64,000 bases of DNA from Octopus sinensis. Taxonomy: Eukaryota. The notes beneath the pieces were generated by a model. That model was not told the origin of the DNA. It worked only from the letters and a program-made list of their open reading frames with translations, and ran no database searches. The DNA is taken from assembly GCF_006345805.1 (NCBI RefSeq), contig NC_042997.1, forward strand, positions 188,542,001 to 188,606,000, in the 5' to 3' direction. Shown here one piece after another: positions 1 through 11,989 of this stretch. The position numbers and the translations under genes were made by a program. Each line of letters starts with the position of its first letter. Within the stretch, counting starts at the first letter, position 1.

Positions 1-7
1 CGCCTAT

Positions 8-113
8 AAGTACCAGGCATAAAAATATAAGTACTAGGGTTGACTAAACCCCTGCAAGCAGAACCTCCAACATGGCTGCAGTCTAATGACTCAAACAAGT
101 AAAAGATAAAAGA
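8..113 (+). mobile_element. 3' tail fragment of CORE-type SINE
   Basis: Ends in catggctgcagtctaatgactcaaacaagtaaaagataaaaga, the tail shared with the copies at 2054, 17452 and 22518. Confidence 0.75.
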
Positions 114-589
114 TATATATATATTTATATGAGAGAGAAAGAGAGAGCAAGAAAAATAAAGGAGGGGTTACTTCTTCTCACTGCTTATCATAGAAAATAT
201 GTCCCTAAACATCTCAATTTTTGTCTCTTGTTTTTAATAACTATTTTACTTTATGACAGACACCATAGATTATATACGGTTTGGTAACATTTTGGATAAA
301 AGGTGAATAACCAACCATGCTACCACCAGCCACTTCAGTATGAAGAGTAGCCAGTACTCAGCTTTACAAAGCTTAAATGAGGTAAGTGCTACTGTCAAGA
401 TATCTACTACTCACAAGTAATTTTCACACAGTGCTTGATAAGCAAAACAATGTCTGAAAAATTATGAAACTGGGTGGTAATTGACAACAAGTAGCCACTA
501 GTTGTATTATATAAGTTTGTCACCTATAAATGTGCTACTTCATAAAAGTGCACCAGACTGCAAGACAATGCCAGCCTATATATAAATAT

Positions 590-620
<31 letters not shown>

Positions 621-734
621 CATATACATACATGCATGCTCACATTCTCATACACACACATATAAATAATATCACTGACTTAAGCATAACTGTATATAAC
701 AACCTAAACTCAAGTGCACACATTAGTAAAGTAA

Positions 735-1075
735 TAAAGCTGCTATAACCCACTGAATATACTCATGGATCATTAGAACTTTCCAATTAAGAGATCCTGA
801 TGATAGTATCCTTCTATTCTCTGTTTGCTAGGCCTCATCCTGAATACAGCTGCCTTTGGTCTCCCAATACAAAACAAACTATAATGGAAATTGGAACACT
901 CCAGGGGTTAGTCACAAGAATTTTTAAAAAAGTCACATCACAAGCCTTGATTAGTGAGATTACCTCAAAAAGGGATCAAACCCTATTCTTTTCAACACTG
1001 CAATGAGCATTACATGATTTGTATGATGTAGAAAATATTCCATCAACATTGCCTAAATGATGCCTGTATCAAGTT
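735..1075 (+). mobile_element. Decayed CR1/L2-clade LINE, RT C-terminal fragment
   Basis: FYSLFARPHPEYSCLWSPNTKQTIMEIGTLQGLVTRI resembles the CR1/L2 motif LYKSLVRPHLEY..VWSP..K.DI..LERVQRRATK. Confidence 0.65.
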
Positions 1076-1380
1076 TACAAGTTACTGAAGGCTAGGGTCC
1101 CATGCCACATGCTCCCCCTACAAAAATTGAGCTCACATGACTTAACAACATTGTAGTACAATTTGTTTACTTCGCCTGGTCCTGATTTTATTCAGCATTA
1201 CACCAAAAGGGAACTCAAAAAAAGAAAGCCACTCCCTAACATTCAAGTGCTATCTGGACAAATTCCTCCAAGAAATACACTGATACCTGAATATATTTTG
1301 AGAAAGATCTCTCTACTCAAGTGGTTATAGTGTCCTAAAACATCACTTAAAAGTCTACTCCAGGTGGTACTATTAAGTTA

Positions 1381-1583
1381 ATAATGATTTCAAATTTTGG
1401 TACAAGGCCAGCAATTTCTGGGGGAGGGGATAAGTCGATTACATTGATCCCCAGTGTTCAACAGGTACTTATTTTATTGACTCTTAAAGGATGAAAGGCA
1501 AAGTTGACCTTGGTAGTATTTGAACTCAGAACACAAAGCAATTTTTTTCTTGACACAGTAATAATTCCACCAGTTTGCTTCCT
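1381..1583 (-). mobile_element. Meta-domain-like SINE
   Basis: Reverse complement contains ttctgagttcaaat (B-box-like) and ctttgcctttcatcctt...caataaaataagtacc. Same family at 6981, 41545, 53000 and 57325. Confidence 0.8.
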
Positions 1584-2053
1584 TGTATTAAGCTAATAAT
1601 GACCAAAAGCTAAATTTGTATGTGTGTGTAAAGGGGAATCATTTAGATAGAATCCGGTTGTACATATTCAAAGAATCAGCAAAAACAAGTGGATGCAAAC
1701 TGGATTTGGAGAAACCCCAAGAGAAACAAAGGATGATAATGAACAAAGTGAGGGAAAGAAAAGGATAGATTCGATAAAAATTGGAGACTGGAAAACCCAG
1801 AACCTAAAGTTATGTACAAATGATAAAAAGGCCTTTATCCAGCAGTGGAAAACAACGGATGCTTTGATTGAGGCATGCATTTACGCACATATGCACACTC
1901 ACATACATGCAGTTTCAATACATTAACACATTGTCTTTTCTAGCCCCAACTTAACTTCTCATTTTAGGAAGTTTATCAAAATCTACATTCAGACATTGTG
2001 TTTTATATTTATCCAGAAAAAGAAATTTGGACCGGACAGAATATAATTTATAG

Positions 2054-2603
2054 ATGCAGGCATGGCTGTGTGTTAAGAAATACCTTGGGCAAGTGTCTTC
2101 TACTATGACCTTGGCCAACCAAAGCCTTGCGAGTAGATTTGGTAGGTGGAAACTGAAAGAAGCCCATTGTGTGTGTGTGCACATATGTCTTTGTATCTGT
2201 GTTTGTCCCCACCACTGCTTGACATCTGGTGGTGTGTTTACATCCCCATAACTTAGTGGTTCAGCAAAAGAGACCAATACAATAAATACCTATTTCTTTA
2301 CTACCCACAAGGGGCTAAACACAGAGGAGACAAACAAGGACAGACAGACGGATTAAGTCGATTATATTGACCCCAGTGCATAACTGGTATATAATTTATC
2401 GACCCTGAAAGGATGAAAGGTAAAGTCAACCTCGGCGGAATTTGAACTCAGAACATAACGGCAGAAATACAATAAATACCAGGCTTAAAAAAAAAAGTAC
2501 TGGAGTCAATTCATTTGATTAAAATTCTTCGAGGCAGTGCCCCAGCATGGCCACAGTCTAATTGACTGAAACAAGTAAAAGGTAAACAATGAAAGATAAA
2601 AGA
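2054..2603 (+). mobile_element. CORE-type SINE interrupted by a nested SINE
   Basis: Head gcaggcatggctgtgtg, CORE-like ccttgggcaagtgtctt, internal (TG)n, tail gactgaaacaagtaaaa. Confidence 0.85.
2291..2465 (-). mobile_element. 5'-truncated Meta-domain-like SINE nested in the CORE-SINE, 15-bp TSD
   Basis: aatacaataaatacc occurs at 2276-2290 and 2466-2480. Confidence 0.85.
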
Positions 2604-3007
2604 TTATAAAATGTTCTGTTAACATAATTGGAAAATATTGCCATTATTTGATATTTTTACTTTAAAAAAAAAAGTGTTAAAAATTTAGTGTTTTTCAAAA
2701 GCTAGCATGAGTGTCTGGTTTCAGAAATATATCTATCATATTAAAAAGATTGCTTTTCATATATATGAACGCTAAAGATAAATATGTTTGTGTAAATAAA
2801 GATTACATTAACTCTGACATACACACACACACACTTTATATCTAGATATATATACAAACATGATTTGATTTTAAGGTTTCAAATTGCATAGGTGCATGTA
2901 TATGTGTGAGTAACTGTGTATGTTTGTGTGCACGCACATACAGAATGATACCAAATAATCAAGGCGTCTCTATTAATCATCAATCATAGACTCTTGAGTC
3001 ATTTCAC

Positions 3008-3665
3008 TTAACCCTTTAGAATTTAAACCGGTCATATCCGGCCCAAATATTCTGCCTGTTCTATGTTTAAGCAAGCTAAATCAAGCCTCTCACACTTACC
3101 CTGCAAAGTCATTATAAAAATAAACAATTGTGTGATCAAAATCTTTAAGTGACAATATAATGTATATTTTAAAACAATGAGGGATCTTTTTGGTTTGAAC
3201 AACAGTTTTTAACATAATTTCTAGGTAACTAAAAAAATTTTAAACTTCGTATACTGGTAGAATGTGTTTATAAAACATTTTTTTCTCTTGGCTTTATTGA
3301 TAAAATTTTATAGTTTGTAAGATATTTGTTGTTGTTTTTCTTCAATTTCTGCAATTTCAACCAATCACTGACGTCTATTGAGGTAAAAACATTCTGTGCC
3401 GTATGAATATGACCCTTGTTTAAGAAACAGATTGCGTTTATTTACATTTGTGAAGAAAAAAAGATACCATTCCCCCCAGCCCTAACTCTAACTAACCCTA
3501 ACCCTAAAACAGATAGAAATGCAATAGATCGATACTAGGGTCATAATTATGGGTGACAATTTCATATGACACCGCTAGAAAAAACTGCCGTTCAAACGAA
3601 AAGATCCACAATGTGAATAAATAAGCATTACATTTGACAGAGTAATCTGAATGTAAAAGGATTAA
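3008..3665. mobile_element. TTAA-flanked (piggyBac-like) MITE carrying a nested TIR element
   Basis: Termini TTAA-ccctttaga ... tgtaaaagg-ATTAA. Related copies at 35042 and 52687. Confidence 0.75.
3182..3607. mobile_element. Non-autonomous TIR element with internal telomere-like repeats, copy 1
   Basis: Termini ggatctttttggtttgaacaacagttttt / aaaaactgccgttcaaacgaaaagatcc. 8-bp TSD acaatgag / acaatgtg. Internal ccctaactctaactaaccctaaccctaa. Confidence 0.85.
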
Positions 3666-4237
3666 AATTAAAGCTTTAGTTTTTTGGAGAAAAAAAAAAA
3701 AAATAATAACTTCTACATTTATACCCAAAGAAAAATGGGATAAACCATTAGTGTTGACCTACTTAAAATATTTATCAGCTGATTAAACTTTTGCTTTTGT
3801 CAATAAAGACATATATGGTAGGTCATACTGATATATTTGCTTAATTGGGTACATGTCAATTATTTATCTTCTTTCTTTTTTCCTTTCTCTTCTAATATAT
3901 TCCACTTTTGTGTCAGAGAAAACTATAAGTTCATAGTATACGCAATACCATTCACAGGTTTTAAAAAATGGATTTCGCAAACTTACTGCTTAATTGAGAG
4001 ATAACAAATTTTATTCAACCGATCAAACATGTAAAATAAATTTCCTCTCCTGTTACATATGCAGTACAAACAGAACAGTAATTCACAATTAAGAGGACAG
4101 CATTTTGTTTTGTTTTTGTTTTTTAAATATCCTTTCTGAAAAGACATGATCTGGCTTTTGTAAATTTGGTATAGCAAACCACAAAGAAGATTATTTGACA
4201 ATTTTTACAACTTAGATTCATTTCCAAACACATGCAG

Positions 4238-4428
4238 GTGGCACGTAAAAAGCACCCACTACACTCGCGGGGTGGTTGGCGTTAGGAAGGGCATCCAGCT
4301 GTAGAAACTCTGCCAGATCAGACTGGAGCCTGGTGCAGCCCCTGGCTTCCCAGACCCCGGTCGAACCGTCCAACCCATGCTAGCGCGGAAAACGGACGTT
4401 AAACGATGATGATGATGATGATGATGAT
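4238..4428 (+). mobile_element. 5'-truncated RTE LINE 3' end, young CpG-rich copy
   Basis: gtggcacgtaaaaagcacc...ggaagggcatccagctgtag...ggacgttaaac(GAT)n. The same sequence follows RTE ORF2 at 61570-62052. Confidence 0.85.
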
Positions 4429-5424
4429 AGAAACTAAATTACCAAGGAAAGTATTTCGGGAGAAAAAAGCTACATCATCATCATATTTTTACAACCATGC
4501 TGATATGGGTTACACTGGTCTCACAGCATCTTATCATTTGTTGCATTTCTTCCTCACCTGGCATAAACAGATGAAACCAACTATGTATGTTGTTTCTTAT
4601 ATGCTGTGTGTGTATGTGTGTGTTTTGTGTGCATGGATACACACACACACATACACATATGCATATATAAATACACACACATTTTTTTGTTTATTCATTT
4701 AACACCTGTTTTCTCATGCTATCATAAGCTGGATGAAGACTTATCATTGAGACACTGTTTTACAACTGGATGCCCTTCCTAACCCTTACTGCTTTTCAAA
4801 TAAAGAATGTTTTTTTTCGCTTTTCTTTTAAAAAATTCCACTTCCCTTCAAAAGCACAGTTATGAGGTAATTTCTTAACAGAGAACATCAATAAAAAGTC
4901 CTTGCCTGAGTGGTTTCATGTAAAGATAGTATACAAACATTCATTTAGACACAAACATGCACATGCACATGTGCACACAAACACACACACAACCTTCTAC
5001 ACAGTTTCTGCTATCAATTCCACTTAATTTTACAAGGCATTAAATAGCCTAAGTCTCCATTAGAAAACCTCTGCCCAGAGTGCTATACAGTGTGACAAGA
5101 AGTCAGAACCATGCGGTATGCAGTGCAGGGAGCCATGCCTGTACATTTGTACCTAAGTATCTGTATCTATCTATGTATCTATCATCAACAGTGCTGCCTT
5201 AACGTCCACTTTTTCTGTGGTTGCATGAGCAAGACAGAATTTGTTGAGGTAGATTTCCTATAGCTACATTATGCCCTTCCTGTTGCCAACCTGCACCTGC
5301 CTCCTAACAAGGTCATAACTTCCCTATGATCTGGAATATTTTCATAAGAGATTGGAAATGAAGGATACTGCTTGTATCCTCCAGTTTCTTTCAACCAAAT
5401 CCACTCAAATGGCTTCGTTCATTG

Positions 5425-5700
5425 TTCATCGTTTAACGTCCACTTTCCATGTTATCATGGGTTGGACGATTCTGACTGAGGGCTGGCAAACCAGATGGCT
5501 GCACCAGGCTCCAATCTTGATCTGGCAGAGTTTCTACAGCTGGATGACCTTCCTAACGCCAACCACTCCGAGAGTGTAGTGGGTGCTTTTTACGTGCCAC
5601 CGGTACAGGGGCCAGTCGGGTGGTACTGGCAATGACCTCGTTTGAATCATTTTACACATGCCACCAGCACAGGTGCCAGTAAGGTGACGGTAATGATCAC
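5425..5700 (-). mobile_element. RTE LINE 3' end
   Basis: Reverse complement of the same 3' UTR family as 4238. Confidence 0.8.
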
Positions 5701-6980
5701 GCTCATATGGTGAGCTATAGTACAAGATACTTGCCCAGGCACCATGCAGCAAAATTGAACCTGAAACCACATAACTAGGAAGTGAACTTCTTAATTGTGT
5801 CATGCTCGCACTTCACACAGACATACACACACAAATAACCAAGAATTTCTTATGAGAAAGCTTTGAATGTATTAAGTGCATCAAAATAATGTTATTTCTT
5901 TTAACACCACTTAAAAATTTACCCAAGAACATCATGTGTAAATTATCATAGCCGCATCAAATTCAAAAGACATATATGTGACAAACTATATGTAATAAAG
6001 CCATAGCTAATATTGTGTTTTTAAAACAATTATGGATTATTTGCAACCAGATTATATATACAGCCTATTTGTGGCAGTGGTGGTGGTAGAAGCAGTAGCA
6101 TTTTAAATAATATTTATTACAACAAAAATTAAGTGGAGGACAAAAGAGCAAGGAATGAGAATATGCAAAAGGTATAAAAATTGAAGTAGATAAAACTGAA
6201 AATAAAATGAAAAGGTGGGGAAATATTAGTGCTATGAAGAGGTGTATATATTATTATAGTTGCATCTAATTCAAAGGTAGGGCTTGCTACGGACAGGTAT
6301 ATAAATAAGATGGTGCTACAACAGAAGCAGTGAAAACTGAGAACTAGCATTTAGGTTTAATGATGTTATGTAAGATCATTATGCAATCATTAGATAACAG
6401 ATATGTTTGTTGCACATATCAATAATCAATAAAAGAGTCGTATCTCATAATGATAGATAAATATATGGATAGTTTAACAGTAGAACTGTATGTGAATTAT
6501 GTAATTGAAATTTAGGTAAATGATCTGTAACTTTCACTATAGCTTTTGTTTCCATAAAAGGTATACATATTAGCACCCATGGAAATCACCCAAAATTTTT
6601 AGCACATCTGATATTTTCTTTAAAAAACAAATTTTTCTTTCTTTTTTTTTTTTATATTCTTTAGTCAGGAGGGAAGTGCCATACCTTTTTATAGAGACTC
6701 TGAGAGGGAGAAAGGCATCATCAAATCAGAAACCAGACCTAAATACTTGCAATAGAGCAGTGGTCTCTGTTAAAGGCACCCAAAATGCTGGATAGTGGTT
6801 ATATCTATTAAATAGGCCACAGTGAGGTCTGAACTCAGAACACTGAGAGTAAGAACAAATATTACAAAGTATCTCGTCTGATACTAACATGTTCCTTTAA
6901 TCAAGAGCTCTCCAACCACTGGGCTGCAGACCAATATCAGGCCACGGATCAGTGCAATATATATATATATATGTATTATA

Positions 6981-7177
6981 AGGCAGTAAGTTGGTAGAAT
7001 TGTTAGTGTGCCAGGCATTTCTTCAGCTTTAAGTTCTAAGTTCAAATTCTGCTGAGGTCAACTCTGCTTTTCATCTTTACAAGGTCAATAAAATAAGTAC
7101 CAATTGAACAATGGGGTCGATGTAATTGACTTATCTCCCCTCAAATTGTTAGCCTTGTGCCAAAATTTGAAAGCAAT
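6981..7177 (+). mobile_element. Meta-domain-like SINE
   Basis: aggcagtaagttggtagaattgttag head, ttctaagttcaaattc box, gcttttcatc...aataaaataagtacc, tail gtgccaaaatttgaaa. Confidence 0.8.
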
Positions 7178-7192
7178 ATAAATATATCACTA

Positions 7193-7498
7193 TAGTAGAA
7201 GACACTTGCTCAAGGTGGTATGTAGTGGGACTGAACCTGGAACCAAGTGGTTGAGAAGCAAACTTCTTACCACACAGCCATACCGCTGTGTGTGGGTGTG
7301 TCCACCACCACCACCAACACTTGACAACCAGTGCTGGTGTGTTTATGGCCCTACAACTTAGCTGTTTAGCAAAAAACACTTACAGAAAATACCAGTCTTT
7401 AAAAAATAAGTACTGGGGTCGATTTGTTCAAGTTAACCCTTCAAGGTAGTGCCAAATATGGCAGCAGCCCAATGAGTGGAACAAGTAAAAGATAAAAA
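7193..7498. mobile_element. CORE-type SINE with inverted 5' part (head on minus, tail on plus), 7-bp TSD
   Basis: 7193-7284 is the reverse complement of the SINE head and 7285-7498 is the SINE tail in forward orientation. atcacta occurs at 7186-7192 and 7499-7505. Confidence 0.75.
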
Positions 7499-8159
7499 AT
7501 CACTAATCCACTAAAGAGAAATTTTGATACAACATCATAGGTATCTAAGGAAGATGCAGAAATAGAAGAACTGATCCAACATGTTGTAAATAGTGTTAAA
7601 TATTCAAACAGAGTTCAAATATCACCAATGTATTTCAATAAAAATTCATCTGATCAAATTCATAACAATAATAATTTGAATTTTTCTTCATTTTTAAAAC
7701 ATTTTTTTTTTTTTGAATTTTCAAAATTCTTAACCTGTCCTTTTCACATATTCTTTATAAACTACAACAATCATTTAAATAATTTTTGCTTATCTTTTCT
7801 TTTCTTTTTAACCTTACAGGTAAATTAGAAATCTGTTATGAAACAAAGGCATTAGAAGATAAAATTTCATTGCATTTTATTTAAGGACCAATTCTTATCG
7901 AAACATCATGATTTGCATTAAGTCAGCAAAATCACTATTACAAATGATGCTAGATTCATTGGTCATAGAATTCATTTTAAGAAAATAATTCAAAATTTTC
8001 AAATAACAACAAAAAAAAAAAGAAAAGAAAAGAAAAAAGAATAGGATTAAGATGAATTATTTTCTGCTTTCAGAAATATTTCCTACCTCAAACATGTTGA
8101 CAAAGCCAAATACTTCATTTTTATTGTATAACTGTTCTCTCACTTTTTCTTTCATCTCT

Positions 8160-8191
<32 letters not shown>

Positions 8192-9244
8192 AATGCATCT
8201 GCATTTACACACACATGCATGCAATCTCTATCTTTGAAAACTAGACAACAAATTTGGCCTCAATCTATCCTCGCTAAGAGGAATTCAAGGTCAAACACAT
8301 TCAAACATATTCTACTGTTAAAAGTTGCCTTTTTATTCTAATTGCAGCTTATTTCTATTCTGCATATTTATTTTCCTCCAAAGTAAATATAAAAGAGAAA
8401 AAGAAAACTGAAAAACTCTGACCTCAAAAGAGTCGATTTTAGAGTTTATAATGCTACTGAAAACACATATTTCTGTGAAGCTATGCCAATGAGAATAATG
8501 AGCTGATGGTTAGGAAGCTTGCAAGATAGAATTAAAAGCAATGAATGAGAGGTGTAGTGAGGATATCAGTCTAAGAATAGCCTTTTAGTAAGGATGGATG
8601 GCAACCTGATAAAATAGTCAAGTGGAAAAGCTAATGAGGAGTAATATTGGTGAGGATTGGTGGAGGGGGAGGGGGGTAAAAATAACAATAACAACAACAA
8701 CAAATGTATCTAAGATATGAGAAGAAATGAGATGAAAAGAAGCCAAGAGAAGATATATGTAATATCTAATGAAGTAATGTCTGAAGAATACCTGAAAAAT
8801 CTAATCAGCTCTGTATTTTGTGGAAAAGTAAATAAAACATTCTTGTTTCATGTTGACATTTTTTAAAAACCAGAGTCATTATTTTTCAGAGAGCATAAAG
8901 AAATTTCAAATAGATTTGACATACAAATTATGCAGATCAGTATCAATGATGATGATGATGGTGGTGATTGTAGTGATGATGATGATGATGATAGTGAGAA
9001 TAACGCTGTCAAAGTGGTAAATGCAAGATAAAGAAAGTGCTCATACAGCATGAACACATGTAATAAGGACAGGATACATTTACAACTCACGAAGAGTATC
9101 AGCACAGTTATTCCAAACAAGGATTGAAATATAGATATATATTGAATTAGCCAAGAATTTAACCATTTTATGTTTGCCATAGAAACATTAATTTTTCTGT
9201 AGGCACAAATCCTGATATATTTTAAGATTGTTCGTAGGAAATTA

Positions 9245-9620
9245 TGACAACAATAATAATGGTTCTTAACTCTGCCAGAGGGCCAAAACTGAGAGGAATG
9301 GGTGTGGTTGACTTTATCATTCACCATGTATTACATTAAGCCTGGAAAGATAAAAGGCAGCTGACCACAGGGCAATTTGAACCCCAAACACAGAGGGTAT
9401 AAGATATTTTATTTACTCCACTCCCTATGTTTGTCATCTACAATAACAAAAACAATAATTTCTAACACAGGCATAAAGCCAGAATAGTTGATTACATTGA
9501 CTCCAGTTACATTGGTACTTTATTTTTATCAATTCCCAGAAAGATGGATGGTTAAGTTGGCCTTAACAAGATTTGAACTCAGAATGTAAAGAATCAGAAC
9601 AAATAGCCAAATCCGCTCCT
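9245..9620 (-). mobile_element. Two adjacent decayed Meta-domain-like SINEs
   Basis: Both contain ttgactttatc/ttgattacattgac...gaaagat(a/g)...tttgaac(c/t)c in reverse orientation to the copy at 6981. Confidence 0.6.
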
Positions 9621-10862
9621 TACATGAAATCAGTTAGTCTGGAAGGACAGTTTTGTCATTTGCATACATCTCAGACAAGTTCATCTCCTGGCACATTCAT
9701 ACCTGAAAAGCTAACCTTGTGCAGGCAAACTCTCTCTGTGGTACTGCCAAACCAAAGACTTTTGGAAGTTGTCCATAATCCCCAACCTGAAAGTCCTCTA
9801 CTACTCACTATATAATGTAAAGATATATTTTCACCAACTATATTGTCCCATTGTAGCTAAGAGTAGTGAGCACTGGCAGTATTTCAGATGTCAAACATTC
9901 AATCAAAGTAACAGTAACAAATTGTGAAAAGAAGTGTTGCACAAACTGTGACAACACCCATTCACCATTGTTGTCAAAGTAGTCTAGGAAATGTATCAGC
10001 CCTAGTAGAAGGTTGTCATAACTAATTTCATCCTAAGACCTCACCATCTCATGCAGTCAGTGTTGGCAGGAGATAGATTTCTTGACTAGAAAAACATGTC
10101 CTTTCTGCATAAAGTGAAAAAGTATGCATTCCAATCTGATCAGGTATTACCTAAAATAAGGTACATAGGTCAACCTCTTGTAACCACTGAAGTGACATTG
10201 GTGTTTACCATTTCTGCATTTCAAAGACAATATCTCAGCTCATTCCTATATGAAAGTGGCCACTCTACTCGCGATCTTTTCTCAGTTTTATTTCTCTGCT
10301 TGGCAGTCTGGTCTGAATCAGACCATGAGCATCTTAATTAAACCCTTGGTCCAGTAGCAGAAATTACAGCTGGCTGACATGAGCTTGCTTCTCTAAGTAG
10401 AGAGTTGCAACCCTACTATCGTCTCCTGTCTAATGTGTACTCCAGGTACACTTCTTGTATGATGCTAAACATCTCAATTTCCAAATTATCCCATGTCATG
10501 ACAGCAACACCATCCCCGAATACAGACGCAATTCTTTTGTAACCCATTTAAAATAGGATGCCCCTCACCATTTTCAACCTCTGTTATAAGAACTACAGTA
10601 CCAAAATATACATAAAAGATGGACAACCTTTTGAGACTGAGGACCCAATACAAAACACTTCTGAAATGTGTGCATAGTAGTAATTCAGCTTCTGAAGATA
10701 TGACTGAAACCAGCTGCTCTAAGCATAGTCACCAGTTTGTAATGATTGACTCATTGAAAGCTTTAGGTTGGTTCAAATTGAGCAAAAATGTCCCATGAGA
10801 TAGAGATGCTTGAGGTTTATATGCTTCCCACTGGCCATATGCATTTCACAACCTATTCCTAC

Positions 10863-10958
10863 TATAGTCATCATCATCTAATGTCTGCTTTCCATGCTAG
10901 CATGGGTTGGACGATTTGACTGAGGACTGGCAAACCAGATGGCTGCACCAGGCTCCAT
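10863..10958 (-). mobile_element. Short RTE LINE 3' end
   Basis: (ATC)n then ccatgctagcatgggttggacgatttgactgaggactggc. Confidence 0.8.
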
Positions 10959-11989
10959 AAGGATAATTTCTTAAGTATGTGTCACAACAGTATCTGATTC
11001 TATTGAGCGGATCAACAGTCATGTTTGAAGGAAAAGAAGAAAGACAATAATTATAATAATCACTTTAAGTTATAACCTTGACTCAAGACCACAGATTTTA
11101 AAGGAGTGAATATATAGTCACTTAAATCAACAGTTGCTTATTTTGTTAATGTCAGAAAGATAAAAGATGAAAGATGAAATTGAAGTAAATCAAAACCTTC
11201 AGGTATTTAGTTTAGCACTCTGTTGTTTTTGAGATAGCTTCGCTCTTATATTAGCAATAATTTCCTTCCTTTGGCACATGTCTGATTTAATGGGAATAAA
11301 GACGGTTTGATTGAAGTGACATAAAATTACTACTGGCAACTTATTTATAGATTTCAGAAGGATGATACTAATGGGATTTGTATATAGAGTGGTGATTCAA
11401 AATAATTTGTAAATAACAAATAAGTTTTGTAGGAGAAAGGAGAAAGTTATATATTGATCACTTTTAAGAGTTTCTGACTGAGTAGAAATTCTCTGCTGAG
11501 GACTTCTTATAGCATGTCCAGTTGACTTAAAGATGAGACCCACTTTAAAATTGTATTTTCTGGAGTGTCCAAAAATTTTGATGACCTGATCTTATTAGAG
11601 TTATTTCCCTTGCTTGTTTTTTTTTTTTTATATTTTATATTTTAAATATATGTAAAGAGGCTCTTGTCTACCAATTGTGTAAATCTCATTTGTTTTAATG
11701 GCGCTTTTTTAAAAAAAAAAACTTATATTATCATCCATGTGAGACTCTATTCTATTTGTCTGGGTTTAGCAATCAGAACACTCCAAAATAGTTTTTCAAC
11801 CAAATTTTAAAATTGATGCTCTTATATTATGGGTATTTTCTTTTCTTACAGTTTATTGAAGAATACAAAGTTGGCACCAGAAGGATTTGATCTCAGCACT
11901 ACAAGATGCCATAAATTTATCAGGGAATTAAATACAGCTAAATAGTGGCAGTAAAGGTGGTTATGATGTTGATGGTGGTTATGATCTTG

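Noticed and set aside
6399-6409. 11-nt match to the miR-190 5' end as recalled
   Set aside because: The rest of the mature sequence diverges and the hairpin is too short.
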